Source: an uncultured Actinomycetota bacterium (GTDB taxonomy: Bacteria; Actinomycetota; Nitriliruptoria; Euzebyales; Egibacteraceae). From it: a stretch of DNA of 55,033 nt. A model generated the notes under the pieces. It saw only the letters and a list, made by a program, of their open reading frames with translations, was not told where the DNA came from and made no database searches. Shown one piece after another: positions 6,550-14,909 of this stretch (the first letter of the stretch is position 1; every line of letters begins with the position of its first letter). The stretch spans positions 1-55,033 of the forward strand of contig CAZVUW010000009.1 of NCBI GenBank assembly GCA_964629825.1. The letters run 5' to 3'. The position numbers and the translations under genes were made by a program.

Positions 6550-7569
6550 ATGATAAAGGCGGAGTCGCTCACCAAGGTCTTCCGCTCCCGAGCCGGTGAG
6601 GTCGAGGCCGTCCGGGGTGTGGATCTGGACATCGAGGCGGGCGCCGTCGTCGCGCTCCTCGGTCCCAACGGAGCCGGCAAGTCGACCACCCTGAGGATGC
6701 TGACCACGCTGCTCGAGCCGACCTCCGGACGAGCCAGCGTCGGCGGCCACGACGTCGTCACGGAGGCGGCGCAGGTGCGACGCCTGCTCGGCTACATCGG
6801 CCAGGGCAACGGCGCCGGCCACTATCACCGCGTCCGCGACGAGCTCGTCCTGCAGGGCCGGGCGTACGGCCTCGGCTGGTCGCAGGCCGGCGCGCGCGCC
6901 GACGAGCTGCTCGAGGCCTTCCAGCTCACTCCGCTGGCACGCCGAACTGGCGGCAGCCTCTCCGGCGGGCAGCGCCGACGCCTCGACATCGCCATGGGGC
7001 TTGTCCACGCCCCGCCGGTGCTGTTCCTCGACGAGCCCTCCACTGGCCTCGACCCGCAGAACCGCGCCAACCTGTGGCAGCACGTCTTCGACATCCGCGA
7101 CCGCCTCGGGGTCACGATCCTGCTGACCACGCACTACCTCGAAGAGGCCGACTCGATGGCCGAGCGCGTCCTCATCATCGATCACGGCCGCGTGATCGCG
7201 GACGACCCGCCGGAGCAGCTGAAGGCCAACCTGGCAGGCGATCGGATGGCGGTCCGCCTGGCCGACCCGACTGAGGCGACCCAGGCGCTGGCCGTTGCCG
7301 AGCACCTCGGCTCGGCGCATGACCTGAGGACCGCCGACGGACTGGTGGAGCTGCGCCTCCCCGACGGCGCCGAGGTCCTGCCCGTCTACCTGCGCGAGCT
7401 AGACCGCCGCGGCATCGGCGTGACCTCGGCCGAGGTGACCCGCCCCACCCTCGACGACGTGTTCCTTAACCTCACCGGCCGCAGCCTGCGCGAGGAGGCC
7501 GCGGCCGAGGCGCCGGCCGAAGCCGAGGTAGAGGTCGAGCAGCCCGCCCACCTGGAGGTGACGCGATGA
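6550..7569 (+). CDS. ABC transporter ATP-binding protein (DrrA/ABC-2 exporter type)
   Basis: GGGAGG lies before ATG 6550. Walker A is GPNGAGKST, the signature is LSGGQRRRL and Walker B is VLFLDEPSTGLD. I trimmed the 527-aa track ORF. Confidence 0.85.
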   Translation: MIKAESLTKVFRSRAGEVEAVRGVDLDIEAGAVVALLGPNGAGKSTTLRMLTTLLEPTSGRASVGGHDVVTEAAQVRRLLGYIGQGNGAGHYHRVRDELVLQGRAYGLGWSQAGARADELLEAFQLTPLARRTGGSLSGGQRRRLDIAMGLVHAPPVLFLDEPSTGLDPQNRANLWQHVFDIRDRLGVTILLTTHYLEEADSMAERVLIIDHGRVIADDPPEQLKANLAGDRMAVRLADPTEATQALAVAEHLGSAHDLRTADGLVELRLPDGAEVLPVYLRELDRRGIGVTSAEVTRPTLDDVFLNLTGRSLREEAAAEAPAEAEVEVEQPAHLEVTR

Positions 7570-8354
7570 CCACCACCACCCGCCCCTCCCCCGTCCGGGA
7601 CGCTCTGACGGTCTTCATCCGCCAGGCGCTGCCCAGCGTTCGGGAGCCGTTCGGCCTCATCTTCGGGATGCTCCAGCCGCTGGTGTTCCTGGCGCTGTTC
7701 GGCCCGCTTCTGAGCGGCGTGATCGCGGAGCCGGGCTCCGGCGGCCAGGCCGGCGATCAGTGGCTGTGGTTCGTCCCGGCCGTGCTGGTCATGCTGGCGC
7801 TGTTCGGCACCACCGGGAGCGGCTACATGCTGCTGACGGAGATGCAGACCGGTTCGCACGAGCGCCTGCTCGTGACCCCGATGAGCCGCACCGCTCTGCT
7901 CGTCGGCCGGACCCTCAACGACGTCGCCACCCTGCTCGCCCAGGGCGTGGTGATCGTCCTCGTGATGCTGCCGTTCGGGCTGCGGCCGCACCCCCTCGGC
8001 GTGGTGGCGGCCTTCCTGCTCCTCGGCGTGTTCGGGGTCGGCGTGGGTGCGCTGTCGCACGCGCTGGCGGTCGCCTGCCGCAAGACGCAGGAGACCTTCT
8101 ACATGGTCCAGTCCAGCATCACGTTCCCGCTGCTGTTCCTGTCGGGGCTGATGCTGCCCCTGGACATGGGACCGGGCTGGATGCAGGCGGCCGGTCGGGT
8201 CAACCCGGTCACCTACATCGCCGAGGCCCTGCGCAGCCTGTTCGCCGGCCCTCTCGGCGACGCGGTGGTGCTGCAGGGGACGCTGGCGGCCGCGCTGCTC
8301 GCCGTGCTCGGGCTGTGGCTAGGCACCCGAGCTCTGCGCCGCGCCGACACCTAG
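7566..8354 (+). CDS. ABC-2 type transporter permease (DrrB-like)
   Basis: ATGA overlap with the ATPase gene. It is a six-TM hydrophobic protein of typical ABC-2 size (262 aa). Confidence 0.7.
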   Translation: MTTTTRPSPVRDALTVFIRQALPSVREPFGLIFGMLQPLVFLALFGPLLSGVIAEPGSGGQAGDQWLWFVPAVLVMLALFGTTGSGYMLLTEMQTGSHERLLVTPMSRTALLVGRTLNDVATLLAQGVVIVLVMLPFGLRPHPLGVVAAFLLLGVFGVGVGALSHALAVACRKTQETFYMVQSSITFPLLFLSGLMLPLDMGPGWMQAAGRVNPVTYIAEALRSLFAGPLGDAVVLQGTLAAALLAVLGLWLGTRALRRADT

Positions 8355-8367
8355 CCCAACACAGGCT

Positions 8368-8409
8368 GGATGTTGTTTTCGGCGCACATGTGCGTCGAGA
8401 ACAACATCC
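8368..8409. terminator. 42-nt near-perfect palindrome (21-nt arms, 2 mismatches) just after the exporter operon; a second GC hairpin lies at 8416-8438
   Basis: GGATGTTGTTTTCGGCGCACA / TGTGCGTCGAGAACAACATCC starts 14 nt after the stop at 8354, with no U-tail. GGGGGCCA TGCCGCG TGGCCCCC follows. Confidence 0.5.
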
Positions 8410-8547
8410 ACCCCGGGGGGCCATGCCGCGTGGCCCCCGCGTGCTCCTGCTGACAGTCGTCGTGTTGCCGCCGCTACAGACCGCGCCGCCCTCCGGGCGC
8501 AACATCAGGTCGACAGCAGACGCCGACCAGCCACAGGAGCAATCCGA

Positions 8548-8733
8548 ATGCGCACCCAGTTCAACGTCCGGGCGATCGGCCTCGAGACCGGGTCGCTGCC
8601 GGAGAGCGGGCACGGCCGGGGCTGGACCCTGAACGGCCACGCCGAGACCCTGATCCGCGTCCGCACCGTCGGCAAGCACGGCTGGCCGACCGCAGGTCAC
8701 ATCGAGTCACTGGCCACCACGGCGGGACGCTGA
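8548..8733 (+). CDS. Small hypothetical protein (61 aa, Gly/His/Trp/Thr-rich)
   Basis: AGGAGC lies 8 nt before ATG 8548. Third-codon positions are almost all G/C in this frame, which gives a strong coding signal. I recognise no motif. Confidence 0.55.
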   Translation: MRTQFNVRAIGLETGSLPESGHGRGWTLNGHAETLIRVRTVGKHGWPTAGHIESLATTAGR

Positions 8734-8899
8734 TGACAGCGGACCGCAGATCCTCGAGGGCGGGAGTGGCGAGGCGAGCGCCACGACGGGACGATCAGGG
8801 GGCGGCGTCCCGAGCCCTACGGGGGAGGGGACCGGCCTGGCGCGGCGGGCGCCACGGCCGGTTCACCCCCTCCCACCCCTCGTGGAATAGGGTTGCCGC

Positions 8900-10051
8900 A
8901 TGCATCTCCAGCGGCCCCACCACCTCCCCCAGCATCAGCCCGGTCTGGCTGCGCTGCTCCGTCGCCTGCTGACGACCGCTCTGGTCGTAGCCACGCTGGC
9001 CGCCTGCGCCGGCTCCGGGGACGACGCCGACGACGCTCCTACGGATGGAGCGGAGACAGCCGAGGAGGCGTCCGACGGCGCGACCGACGAGGCCACTCCG
9101 GTGGGCTCCGAGGAGGTCACCATCCCGGCGGGCGACATGGAGCTCAAGGGGACGCTGCGCCTGCCGGAAGCCGAGCCGCCCTACCGGGCCGTCGTGATCG
9201 TCCACGGCTCGGGCCCGCTGAGCCGCGACGGCATCGTCCCGGGTCAGCTCGGGCTGACGCTGCCGCAGCAGGTGCCGGTGTACGCCGACCTCGCCGAGGG
9301 GCTGCGCCAGCGCGGCTACGCGGTCCTCACCTATGACAAGCGGACCTGCGGGCCGTCCAACGGCTGCGCTGAGAACGGCTACCCCGAGCCCTCGGACAGC
9401 GTCACGGTCGACACCTTCGTCGAGGACGCCGGCGCGACCATCGACTTCCTGGCCGCGCGCCCCGATGTGAGCGACGTGGTCGCGGTGGGGCACAGCCAGG
9501 GCGGGCACATCGTCGCCCACCTGCTGGATCGCGACCTCGCCGCAGCCATGCTGGTCTCCACCCCCGCGGCCCCGATCCAGGACGTCCTCGCCCAGCAGGC
9601 GGAGACGCTCGCCTGGCTCGTCGAGGCGACCGGTCAAGAGGGCGCCGCGGCGGAGAGCGCCATCGAGGACGCCCGGAAGCTGGCGCAGGACGTGGAGGCC
9701 GTGGCCGGCGGCGACATGAGCGGCGACGACATCGGGGGCGCCTCGCCGGCGTTCTGGGCGTCGTGGGTGAGAAGGTCAACCGAGGCGCCCGAGCTGGTGT
9801 CGGCGGCCTCGATCCCGATCTACGCCCTCGGCGGCGAGGAGGACTGGAACGTCTCCCCGGATGACATCCGCGCCTGGGAGCAGCACATCAGCGACGGCGC
9901 CGTCCAGGTCCTGCCCGGGATCACCCACGCCCTGACCTACCTCGGGACCAGCGATCCGGGTGCGATCGAGCTGGATGACCTCGGCACCGAGGTGGACCCC
10001 TCGGTGGTCAACGTGCTGGCGACCTGGCTGGACGAGGTCTTCGCCGGCTGA
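8900..10051 (+). CDS. Secreted alpha/beta-hydrolase lipoprotein
   Basis: The signal peptide has the lipobox LAAC (LLTTALVVATLAACAGSG). It has an acidic linker, an HGSGP oxyanion-type motif and the nucleophile elbow GHSQGG. Confidence 0.75.
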   Translation: MHLQRPHHLPQHQPGLAALLRRLLTTALVVATLAACAGSGDDADDAPTDGAETAEEASDGATDEATPVGSEEVTIPAGDMELKGTLRLPEAEPPYRAVVIVHGSGPLSRDGIVPGQLGLTLPQQVPVYADLAEGLRQRGYAVLTYDKRTCGPSNGCAENGYPEPSDSVTVDTFVEDAGATIDFLAARPDVSDVVAVGHSQGGHIVAHLLDRDLAAAMLVSTPAAPIQDVLAQQAETLAWLVEATGQEGAAAESAIEDARKLAQDVEAVAGGDMSGDDIGGASPAFWASWVRRSTEAPELVSAASIPIYALGGEEDWNVSPDDIRAWEQHISDGAVQVLPGITHALTYLGTSDPGAIELDDLGTEVDPSVVNVLATWLDEVFAG

Positions 10052-10060
10052 CGTCCCGGC

Positions 10061-11083
10061 TCAGGCCCAGGCGCCCGCGAGCCGCTCCCCTGCTGGGACG
10101 CTCGTGCCGTCGGCGACGACCGCTCCGGGCTCCAGGTGGGCGCCGGCGCCGATGTGCGCGCCCTCGCCAACGATCGCGCCGTCGATGTGCGCATCCGGCT
10201 CGACCACGACCCCGTCGAACAGCACTGCGCGCTCGATCCGTGTCCCGGCCCCGATCCGGCAGGCCCGTCCGATGACCACGCCGCGCCCGATGTCGGCCTC
10301 GGCCACCTCGGCCTCGTCGTGGACCAGCGCGGCCGCGCCGGCGCGCCGCAGGCCGGGCGGGAGCGGCCAGGTGCAGCGCCCCTCCAGCACGGCCAGGGTT
10401 CCGTCCAGGTAGCGCTGCGGTGTGCCGAGGTCGGCCCAGTAGGCGTCCGCGGCGAAGCCCTGCACCACCTCGCCAGCCTCGACCAGGCCTGGGAACACGG
10501 CCCGCTCGAACGACAGCGGACCGTCGCCCGGGAAGGCGTCGAACGTTCCGGGGGACAGCACGTAGGTGCCGGCGTTGACGGTGTCGGCGTCGAGCGTGCC
10601 CGGCGGGGGCTTCTCGACGAAGCGCCGCACCCGGCCGGCGTCGTCACACACGACGACCCCGAAGCTCGACGTGTCCTCGACCCTGGTCAGGGCGATCGTG
10701 GCGCGTGCCCCGGCCTGCTCGTGCGCGGCCAGCAGAGCCGCGAGGTCGAGGTCGGTAAGCACGTCGCCGTTGCAGACCAGGACCGGTCCGTCGTCGGCGT
10801 CGCGCAGGAGGCGGCGGGCGGCCCCGGCGGTGTCAAGGGGCGTCTCCTCGGTCAGAGCCTCGACGCGGACGCCCAGCTCCGCGGCGACCGGGTGCAGAGC
10901 AGCGAACGGCTCCGGGTCCTGGGCGATCAGGAAGGTCGCGCGGTCGCAGCCGACGGCGGCGAGCCGGCGCAGCAGCCCGGCGGCGTAGGGCTCGCCCACG
11001 AAGGGGATCAGCGGCTTGGGGCGGGTGTCGGTGAGGGGGCGCAGGCGCGTGCCCTTGCCGCCCGCCAGGATCACGGCGTGCAT
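10061..11083 (-). CDS. NDP-hexose pyrophosphorylase (mannose-1-phosphate guanylyltransferase-like) with C-terminal left-handed beta-helix
   Basis: The N-terminus MHAVILAGGKGTRLRPLTDTRPKPLIPF is the nucleotidyltransferase signature. The C-terminal hexapeptide repeats read IGRGVVIGRACRIGAGTRIE... I trimmed the 504-aa track ORF to ATG 11083. Confidence 0.8.
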   Translation of the reverse strand: MHAVILAGGKGTRLRPLTDTRPKPLIPFVGEPYAAGLLRRLAAVGCDRATFLIAQDPEPFAALHPVAAELGVRVEALTEETPLDTAGAARRLLRDADDGPVLVCNGDVLTDLDLAALLAAHEQAGARATIALTRVEDTSSFGVVVCDDAGRVRRFVEKPPPGTLDADTVNAGTYVLSPGTFDAFPGDGPLSFERAVFPGLVEAGEVVQGFAADAYWADLGTPQRYLDGTLAVLEGRCTWPLPPGLRRAGAAALVHDEAEVAEADIGRGVVIGRACRIGAGTRIERAVLFDGVVVEPDAHIDGAIVGEGAHIGAGAHLEPGAVVADGTSVPAGERLAGAWA

Positions 11084-11136
11084 CGTGCGCACCTTAGCCG
11101 AGGGGGCGGACGCCGCTCGGATCCTGGGCTGTCCGG

Positions 11137-11994
11137 CTAGCCGCCCCGCAGCCGGTCGAGCCCGCTCTGGAGGAAGAACTCGATCTCCTCGAGCCTGCGG
11201 AGGTAGGCCTGCCGCGGGCCGTAGTAGGTGGCGGCCGCGATGGCGCCGCCGGCCGGGACGCCCAGCAGCGGCAGCGGCTCGCCGATCACGATCGCCACGA
11301 CGGCGGCAGCGATCCCGCCAACCCCGCCGATGACGGCGCCGCTGAGGGCAGCGGCGATCAGCCCCTCGCGCAGCGCCCGGGCCTCGACCTCGAGGCGGAT
11401 GCGCACACCGGGCTCCTGCCCCTCGGCGGCGGGCACCTCGACGACGCCGACGGAGATCTCGGTTACGTCGCGCAGAACACGCCCGTTGGCGAGCTTCTTG
11501 ACGGTCCGCTGGACCGAGGCGAGGAGGCCCTCGCGTGGGCGCCACACCGACCGGCCACCCGACCGTCGCCAGCACTCGAACAGGTTGTCCTGAAGGTAGC
11601 CGCGCAGCCGGGGCTCGACGAGCTCGAGGGTGCCGGGCAGGGTGCGCTCGACGATCAGCGTCCGCGGTCCGATGAGCGTCTTGCGCTGGCGCCGGTCGAG
11701 CATGCCGGCGCTGTACTCGTCGAGGGCCGCGCGGACCAGCTCCGGGGACAGGCCGACGTCCTCGCCGATCTCCAGCAAGGCCCGCTCGTCCAGCTCGGTG
11801 CCCTCGGCGGCGCCGCGCTCCTGCTCCAGCTCGGCGGCTCGGGCGATGACCCTGGCGACGGCCTCGCGCGGGATGGAGCGCCCGCCGTCAAGGCGGGTCG
11901 AGACGCCGCCGTCGATCGGCTCCGCGGCAGGTGTGGCGCGACGAGGCGGCGCGGGGGCCTCGGGATACCTCGCGGCCTGCTGGCTGTCCATCAT
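11137..11994 (-). CDS. Hypothetical protein with C-terminal Gly/Ala-rich transmembrane region
   Basis: ATG-ATG start at 11994. Codon bias is consistent with coding. The C-terminal hydrophobic stretch is LIAAALSGAVIGGVGGIAAAVVAIVIG. No recognisable catalytic motif. Confidence 0.55.
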   Translation of the reverse strand: MMDSQQAARYPEAPAPPRRATPAAEPIDGGVSTRLDGGRSIPREAVARVIARAAELEQERGAAEGTELDERALLEIGEDVGLSPELVRAALDEYSAGMLDRRQRKTLIGPRTLIVERTLPGTLELVEPRLRGYLQDNLFECWRRSGGRSVWRPREGLLASVQRTVKKLANGRVLRDVTEISVGVVEVPAAEGQEPGVRIRLEVEARALREGLIAAALSGAVIGGVGGIAAAVVAIVIGEPLPLLGVPAGGAIAAATYYGPRQAYLRRLEEIEFFLQSGLDRLRGG

Positions 11995-12046
11995 CCTCAG
12001 GGTAGGGCGAGGCCGCGTCGGCGACCACAGGCTCCGGGCGACCCGC

Positions 12047-13387
12047 CTACCGGCCGCCTCCGGGGCCTTCGTGGTCGCGGTCCCTCGAGCGCCGGCGCCG
12101 GTCGAGCTCGGCGGCGAGCCGCGCCTCCTCGCCGTGCGGGGACGGTCGGTAGAGGCCGCCGGGCGCGAGGCCGTCAGGCAGGTAGCGCTGCTCGACCCAC
12201 CCGCGCGGGTCGTCGTGGGGGTAGCGGTAGCCCTCGCCATGGCCCAGGCGCGCCGCGCCGCGGTAGTGGGCGTCGCGCAGATGCGGCGGGACGGGCGCGT
12301 TGCCCAGCCGCCGCACGGCCTCGTCGGCACGGCTCAGGGCGGTGGTGATGCTGTTGGACTTGGGCGCCAGGGCCAGGTAGATCGCGGCCTCGGCCAGCGC
12401 GTAGCGCGCCTCGGGCAGGCCGACCTGCTGGAGCGCGGTGAAGGCCGCGGTGGCGATGACGAGGGCGTTCGGGTCCGCCAGCCCGATGTCCTCACCGGCC
12501 AGGATCACCATCCGCCGGGCGAGGAAGCGCGGGTCCTCCCCCGCGGCGAGCATCCGCACCAGCCAGTACACGGCCGCGTCCGGATCCGAGCCGCGCATCG
12601 ATTTGATGAACGCGCTCACCTGGTCGTAGTGGTTGTCGCCGGCCTTGTCGTAGCGCAGGTTCGGGCGCGCCAGCGCGGAGCGCACCACCTCGACGGTGAC
12701 GGCGCTCGACACCGCCGCCGCGGCCTCGAGCGCGGTCAGGGCGGCGCGGGCGTCGCCGTCCGCGGCGGCGACCAGGGCGGCCATCGCGTCCTCGTCGACG
12801 GTGACGTCCGGCAACCCGCGCTCGTCGCTGAGCGCCCGCTCGATGACGGTGCGGACCTCGTCGTCGGTGAGCGGCTCGAGCCGGTACGGCAGCGAGCGGG
12901 ACAGCAGCGGCGCGTTGACCTCGAAGCTGGGGTTCTCGGTGGTCGCGCCGATCAACGTGACCGAGCCGTCCTCGACGCCGGGCAGCAGGGCGTCCTGCTG
13001 GGACTTGTTGAAGCGGTGGATCTCGTCCACGAACAGGACCGTCTTGCGGCCGGTCTGATCACGGCGGACGCGGGCCTGGTCGACCACCGCGCGGACGTCC
13101 TTGACCCCCGCGGTGACCGCCGACAGCTCCATGAACGCCGCCTTGGTGGTGGCCGCGATGACGTGAGCGAGCGTGGTCTTGCCGGTCCCGGGTGGCCCCC
13201 AAAGGAGGATGCTGCCGAGGCGGTCGCGCTCGATGGCCGCGCGCAGCGGCGCGCCCTCGTCCAGCAGGTGCCGCTGCCCGACCACCTCGTCGAGGCTACG
13301 CGGTCGCATCCGCGCGGCCAGCGGCGCCCCCGCCGGCACGTGAGCGCGCGGGTCGGGCGGCGTGGGGTCGAAGAGCGAGCCCTCCAT
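12047..13387 (-). CDS. rarA: Replication-associated recombination protein A (AAA+ ATPase, MgsA/RarA)
   Basis: Motifs seen: [15 protein letters not shown], Walker [10 protein letters not shown], Walker [28 protein letters not shown], and the C-terminal MgsA region [24 protein letters not shown]. Confidence 0.9.
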   Translation of the reverse strand: MEGSLFDPTPPDPRAHVPAGAPLAARMRPRSLDEVVGQRHLLDEGAPLRAAIERDRLGSILLWGPPGTGKTTLAHVIAATTKAAFMELSAVTAGVKDVRAVVDQARVRRDQTGRKTVLFVDEIHRFNKSQQDALLPGVEDGSVTLIGATTENPSFEVNAPLLSRSLPYRLEPLTDDEVRTVIERALSDERGLPDVTVDEDAMAALVAAADGDARAALTALEAAAAVSSAVTVEVVRSALARPNLRYDKAGDNHYDQVSAFIKSMRGSDPDAAVYWLVRMLAAGEDPRFLARRMVILAGEDIGLADPNALVIATAAFTALQQVGLPEARYALAEAAIYLALAPKSNSITTALSRADEAVRRLGNAPVPPHLRDAHYRGAARLGHGEGYRYPHDDPRGWVEQRYLPDGLAPGGLYRPSPHGEEARLAAELDRRRRSRDRDHEGPGGGR

Positions 13388-13463
13388 CGCCGCCGACGCT
13401 ACCGCACGGACCCGTCGGCGCGACGGCCCAGGAAGCGGCGCGCCGGGCTCAGCAGCAAGCGGC

Positions 13464-14909
13464 CTACAGCCGCCGCGTCAGGACGACCCAGACCGTCCGC
13501 AGCAGGATCTGGAGGTCCAGCACCGCGGACCAGTTCACCAGGTACTGGATGTCGTGGCCGAGCTTGTACTCGGGGTCCGTGTGATAGCGGCCGTGCACCT
13601 GGGCCAGGCCGGTGATGCCCGGCGGGACCTCGTGCCGGCGGCCGTAACCGGGGATCAGGACCTCGAAGCGGTCGGCCAGCTCGGGCCGCTCCGGGCGGGG
13701 TCCGACGATGGACATCTCGCCGGCGAGGACGTTCCACAGCTGCGGCAGCTCGTCCAGGCGCATGGCCCGCACCCAGCGCAGGGCCGGGATGACGCGCGGG
13801 TCGTCGCGCTCGGACAGGACCGCACCGGTCTCGGCCTCGGCGTCGGCGATCATCGTGCGGAACTTGACGATCGTGAAGCGCTTGCCGTCCTGGCCGACGC
13901 GCTCTTGGCGGTACAGCACCGGGCTGCCGGCCACGACGCGCACGTACAGGGCGAGCAGGGCGATGAGCGGCACCGCCACCGGGGCCATCGCCACCAGCAG
14001 GACGAGGTCGAGCACCCGCTTCAGCCGCAGCTGCGAGCGCGGCATCACGTGCGAGTACAGCGCCACCACCGGCATCCCGGCCATCTCGCGGACGTTCTGG
14101 AGGCCGAGCAGGCTGTCGCGGGCGGTCACCACCTGGAGCAGCCCGATGCCGCGCTGCTCCAGGCTGGTCAGCGGCTCCGGATAGATGTCGGGCAGCAGGC
14201 GGCTGGACAGCACCAGGATGTCCGTGGCACCGGTGGCCTCGACGCGCTGGAGGAGGTCCTCGACGTCCGCCGCCTCGCCGGCGATGACCCAGTCCTGGAC
14301 CGAGTCGAGGTGCTTGCGGGCCAGGTTCACCTCGTCGGGAGCGCCGACGAGGAGCAGCCGCGGCAGGCCCTCGCGGCGGACGCGCAGCCAGCGCGCCACC
14401 CGCCGGTTGGCGGCCACCGCGAACGAGCCGACCACGAACAGCACGGCGAGGTTGATGCGCGGCATCAGGTAGCGACCGGTGACCAGGGCAGCGCCACCGC
14501 AGATCAGCACCGCCAGGCCGACCAGGGCCATGATCCGCGGCAGGCGCGGGCGCGAGCCCAGGCCGACCTCGCGCTCGTACAGGCCGCCGAAGTAGAAGAC
14601 CGCGATGCACACCGCCGTGGCCATCGCGAAGCCGACCATGTAGTGGCTCAGCGGGTAGGTGGGCCACCTCAGCCCGAAGCGGGCCAGGTTGATCAGCACC
14701 ATCGACGAGAACAGCGCCAGCGCGTCCGCGGGCTGGAGGAGCCGGATGCCGCGCGCGTTCAGGCGCGAGAGCAGGGGCGGGCGGACCTCCGGCAAGGGCC
14801 GGGAGTCCGGCGTGGTGGTTGCCTGCAGCTCCTCGTGCACTCTCTCGCGCGATCGTCGGCGACGTTGCGGCGTGCGGTCGTTCAATGATGCCTCATGCTC
14901 TTCGCTCAC
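13464..14909 (-). CDS. Polyprenyl-phosphate sugar-1-phosphate transferase (bacterial sugar transferase, WbaP/CpsE-like initiating enzyme)
   Basis: It has N-terminal TM segments and a linker domain. The C-terminal catalytic motifs are KRVLDLV..., RVGQDGKRFTIVKFRTM, DELPQLWNVLAGEMSIVGPRPERP and PGITGLAQV. I trimmed the 1058-aa track ORF to GTG 14909, which overlaps the upstream gene stop (GTGA). Confidence 0.85.
   Translation of the reverse strand: MSEEHEASLNDRTPQRRRRSRERVHEELQATTTPDSRPLPEVRPPLLSRLNARGIRLLQPADALALFSSMVLINLARFGLRWPTYPLSHYMVGFAMATAVCIAVFYFGGLYEREVGLGSRPRLPRIMALVGLAVLICGGAALVTGRYLMPRINLAVLFVVGSFAVAANRRVARWLRVRREGLPRLLLVGAPDEVNLARKHLDSVQDWVIAGEAADVEDLLQRVEATGATDILVLSSRLLPDIYPEPLTSLEQRGIGLLQVVTARDSLLGLQNVREMAGMPVVALYSHVMPRSQLRLKRVLDLVLLVAMAPVAVPLIALLALYVRVVAGSPVLYRQERVGQDGKRFTIVKFRTMIADAEAETGAVLSERDDPRVIPALRWVRAMRLDELPQLWNVLAGEMSIVGPRPERPELADRFEVLIPGYGRRHEVPPGITGLAQVHGRYHTDPEYKLGHDIQYLVNWSAVLDLQILLRTVWVVLTRRL

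Noticed and set aside
5713-7569. Two mutually overlapping >500-aa track ORFs (5713-7320 minus, 5986-7569 plus)
   Set aside because: Each is a real gene (TetR; ABC ATPase) extended through the antisense of the other. Internal starts with an SD (ATG 6474; ATG 6550) give proteins of canonical length separated by a palindromic operator.
8733-8972. 79-aa plus-strand ORF bridging the gap before the hydrolase gene, and the 280-aa minus ORF at 8795-9637
   Set aside because: The translations are Arg/Gly-rich, there is no SD, and they overlap a strong hairpin and the clearly coding hydrolase gene.
10061-11575. 504-aa version of the nucleotidyltransferase ORF, and the 397-aa version of the downstream hypothetical (11137-12330)
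   Set aside because: The N-terminal extensions are Arg-rich and overlap neighbouring genes. The canonical MHAVILAGGKGTRL N-terminus and an ATG-ATG start at 11994 give sensible gene boundaries.
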